Assembly: GCA_964604955.1 (NCBI GenBank)
Contig: CAZSBE010000004.1
Span: 1 to 62,724, forward strand
Direction of reading: 5' to 3'
Origin: an uncultured bacterium
GTDB lineage: Bacteria > Arandabacterota > Arandabacteria > Arandabacterales > JALGWA01
Length of the DNA stretch: 62,724 nt
Part shown: positions 60,779 through 62,724 of the stretch, piece by piece
Layout of the letters: every line of letters starts with the position of its first letter
How positions within the stretch are numbered: the stretch's first letter is position 1
The notes under the pieces: generated by a model
Told to the model about the DNA's origin: nothing
Database searches by the model: none
Seen by the model: the letters and a program-made list of their open reading frames with translations, nothing else
Made by a program: the position numbers and the translations under genes

Positions 60779-62340
60779 TGGGAGACCGGGGGAAGGGGGC
60801 CGTGGTGAACGCGGCCATCTACCTGGGCAGGGGCGAGTCCCTCGCGTGCGGCTTTGTCTCCTGGTCGGATGATGAGATAACCGGCGTCGGGTCCATGGAG
60901 GACTATGCCGCGGCGCCGGGCGCCCGGGAATATGACCTGGCCGGCTGCCTTGTGCTGCCAGGGCTCGTCGACTCGCACATACATCTCGTCGGTTACGCCC
61001 ACTCGCTGGTACGGATCGACCTGGCCGATACGACTTCCCCCGATGAGGGCCTCGGCCGCATCGCCGGGTTCATCTCGCGGCTGCCCGAAGGCGCCTGGCT
61101 CAGGGGCCGGGGCTGGGACAAGCAGCGCTGGGGGATGGATGACTTTCCCACGCGGGAGATGCTTGATCGGGTGTCGCCCTCAAACCCGGTGGGACTGTGG
61201 AGCCGCGACGGCCATCTGATGTGGGCCAACTCGGCGGCGATCAGGGAATCGGGCGCCGAGGACCCTGCCGTAAGGGTTGAAGGCGGCGAGATCGACCGCG
61301 ACCGGAGGGGAAGGCCCACGGGGATTTTCAGGGAGCACGCCGTCGATCTTATCAAGGTCCACTCCGGAAGCGAGGACGAGGAAACGACCTGCCGGGCGCT
61401 TGAGACCGCCTGCGCCAGGCTCAGAGCATACGGCGTCACCGGCGTTCATATAAGCGAGAGCGAGGACCATTACAACAAGCTCAATGCCGCCCTCGAGCGG
61501 GATTTGATAAACCTCAACATCTTCAGGATGGTGGAAACAGAGGAGCCCGAGAGGGTGGACTTCATTGCGGGCCTGCCCGGCGTGGCTTGCGTCAAGGTGC
61601 TCGCCGACGGGGCGCTCGGCTCCCAGACGGCAAGCATGCTGGAGCCTTACTTGGGCAGTGACAGCCTGGGCGTGATAGCCGTCCCGAAGGCCAGACTCCG
61701 CGCCATAGTCGAGCGGGCAATCAGCCGCGATCTCTCACTCGCCGTCCACGCCATCGGGGACAGGGCCAACAGGGACGTGCTGGACGTATTCACCGGGGCC
61801 GGGCCCTCAAGGGAGGGGAAGGACCTGGTGCTCCGCCTGGAGCACGCCCAGCTCCTGCACCCCGACGACATACCCCGTTTCGGGAAGGCCGGCGTGATTG
61901 CATCCATGCAGCCCATACACCTGGTTTCGGATACGAAGGTGGCCGACAGGTACTGGGGCGAGAGGAGCAGGGGGGCCTATGCCTGGGCAAGCATCAAGCG
62001 GGGCGGCGGCCTGCTGGCCTTCGGCTCCGACGCGCCCATCGAGGAGCCGGATCCCCTGAAGGGGATACACGCTGCCGTGACCCGGCGGGACCCGCGCGAG
62101 AAGGGTTCCCGGGCCTGGTATCCGGAAGAGCGCATCGAGATCTGGGAGGCCATCGACGCTTACACGCGGGGAGCGGCCCGGGCCTCCTGCCTGGCTGGCA
62201 CCACCGGGGCCCTGAGGCCGGGCTTCCGGGCTGATCTCACCATCCTCAGGACAAACATATTGCACCCCGAGCACCCCGACGCCATACTGGACGCCGGTAT
62301 CGCCGGCACCGTGACGGCGGGAAACGCTCTCATTACCTGA
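60778..62340 (+). CDS. Metal-dependent amidohydrolase (YtcJ-like, Amidohydro_3)
   Basis: ATG at 60778 forms a TGATG junction with the TusA-like gene's stop codon. LPGLVDSHIHLVGYA HxH motif, VHAIGDRAN, and FGSDAPIE. The tracked start at 60544 runs through the TusA-like gene in another frame. Confidence 0.85.
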   Translation: MGDRGKGAVVNAAIYLGRGESLACGFVSWSDDEITGVGSMEDYAAAPGAREYDLAGCLVLPGLVDSHIHLVGYAHSLVRIDLADTTSPDEGLGRIAGFISRLPEGAWLRGRGWDKQRWGMDDFPTREMLDRVSPSNPVGLWSRDGHLMWANSAAIRESGAEDPAVRVEGGEIDRDRRGRPTGIFREHAVDLIKVHSGSEDEETTCRALETACARLRAYGVTGVHISESEDHYNKLNAALERDLINLNIFRMVETEEPERVDFIAGLPGVACVKVLADGALGSQTASMLEPYLGSDSLGVIAVPKARLRAIVERAISRDLSLAVHAIGDRANRDVLDVFTGAGPSREGKDLVLRLEHAQLLHPDDIPRFGKAGVIASMQPIHLVSDTKVADRYWGERSRGAYAWASIKRGGGLLAFGSDAPIEEPDPLKGIHAAVTRRDPREKGSRAWYPEERIEIWEAIDAYTRGAARASCLAGTTGALRPGFRADLTILRTNILHPEHPDAILDAGIAGTVTAGNALIT

Positions 62341-62344
62341 AAAC

Positions 62345-62360
62345 TGGCACACTATGTGCG
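62345..62360 (+). promoter_or_regulatory. Sigma54-like -24/-12 element upstream of the terminal partial ORF
   Basis: TGGCAC-ACTAT-GTGCG has a perfect -24 hexamer, correct GG/GC spacing, and one mismatch in the -12 TTGC. It is followed by a CTATGTG direct repeat. Confidence 0.3.
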
Positions 62361-62414
62361 AACCTATGTGTGCAGTACGACATGTGGGCGTTCTCCAGGA
62401 TTAGGGGGTGCAAC

Positions 62415-62724
62415 TTGCAATCTCTGGGAGATTGTGAGAGGGCAAAAGGCAACGGCACAATTGCAGCCAGGGCCGTCATAGCGCTGCTGCTTGTCCTGGG
62501 CGCCGTCGCCGCAGGTGGCGCGGGTGCCGCCACGCATCTCCAGACGGTCGTCTTCGAGCCCGCCGACCTGGTCTTCGGCACGGAGGACGGCCGCGACCTG
62601 GTTTCTCTGGGCGGCAACAGGTGGCTCACCCGGCCGGGCGAGCCGCGCCTTCCGGCGGTGCCCTACAGGATCGACCTGCCCGAAGGCGCGCGCCTGATCT
62701 CCGTCGGCATTACCGTGGGAGACA
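62415..62724 (+). CDS. Secreted protein, 5' fragment (runs off the window; possibly C25/gingipain-propeptide-like)
   Basis: Absent from the ORF track because it has no stop codon. TTG at 62415 has AGGGGG 6 nt upstream. Signal peptide (ARAVIALLLVLGAVAAGGAGA), then THLQTVVFEPADLVFGTEDGRDLVSLGGNRWLTRPGEPRLPAVPYRIDLPEGARLISVGI. The frame stays open to base 62724. Confidence 0.55.
   Translation, partial: MQSLGDCERAKGNGTIAARAVIALLLVLGAVAAGGAGAATHLQTVVFEPADLVFGTEDGRDLVSLGGNRWLTRPGEPRLPAVPYRIDLPEGARLISVGITVGD

Noticed and set aside
62491-62697. Tracked 68 aa ORF near the window end.
   Set aside because: Its translation is Arg/Ser/Pro-rich. A different frame (62415 onward) has an RBS, a signal peptide and protein-like composition.
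1-62724. Search for mobile elements, CRISPR arrays, tRNA/rRNA genes, toxin-antitoxin or recognisable defence genes.
   Set aside because: I saw no spaced direct-repeat arrays and no transposase, integrase or recombinase-like ORFs. I also saw no cloverleaf-like tRNA candidates in the few intergenic gaps and no nuclease/ATPase pairs typical of defence islands. This was a by-eye inspection only, so small elements could have been missed.

Overview
GC-rich chromosomal segment from a diderm bacterium. I cannot assign the lineage from sequence alone. Bases 1-45083 form one almost uninterrupted + strand flagellar and motility supercluster, in this order: (1) fliF (3' part)-fliG-fliH-fliI-fliJ, a ylxF/flbB-like gene, fliK-flgD, a TIGR02530-type gene, flgE, fliL-M-N-O-P-Q-R, flhB-flhA-flhF; (2) a small basic ORF plus PilZ, FapA-like and HDOD genes in the slot where flhG and fliA normally sit; (3) a near-consensus sigma54 promoter, then flgF-G-A-H-I, flgJ (fused to an SLT lytic transglycosylase), flgN-K-L and fliW-csrA; (4) an ~8 kb glycosyltransferase/methyltransferase island that includes a 1342 aa multi-GT/TPR protein; (5) a near-consensus sigma28 promoter, a ~210 nt leader and a short flagellin; (6) fliS-fliD-flgM, flbD-motA-motB, a second MotB paralog lacking the channel Asp, and a GAF/HD-GYP/HDOD protein. 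The remaining ~17 kb holds alpha-glucan phosphorylase, a small secreted protein, a MATE exporter, a PfkB kinase, a Tat-signal TldD with PmbA, two secreted proteins that share an unusual C-terminal tag (one with a duplicated Cys-rich domain and DUF11-like repeats), an Ogg-type glycosylase, a hypothetical-DHH phosphoesterase-ferredoxin operon, an IscU/zinc-ribbon/TusA/amidohydrolase operon, and an untracked partial ORF at the 3' edge. I recognised no rRNA, tRNA, CRISPR array, transposase, integrase or phage genes. The best candidates for new biology are: the apparent replacement of CheY and FlhG/FliA control by c-di-GMP-type modules; the tandem MotB pair with an Asp-to-Ala paralog; the flagellin-linked glycosylation island; and the shared C-terminal WG-x-IK tag on the secreted proteins. 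All functional calls come from motif and family recognition by eye. No database search was run.
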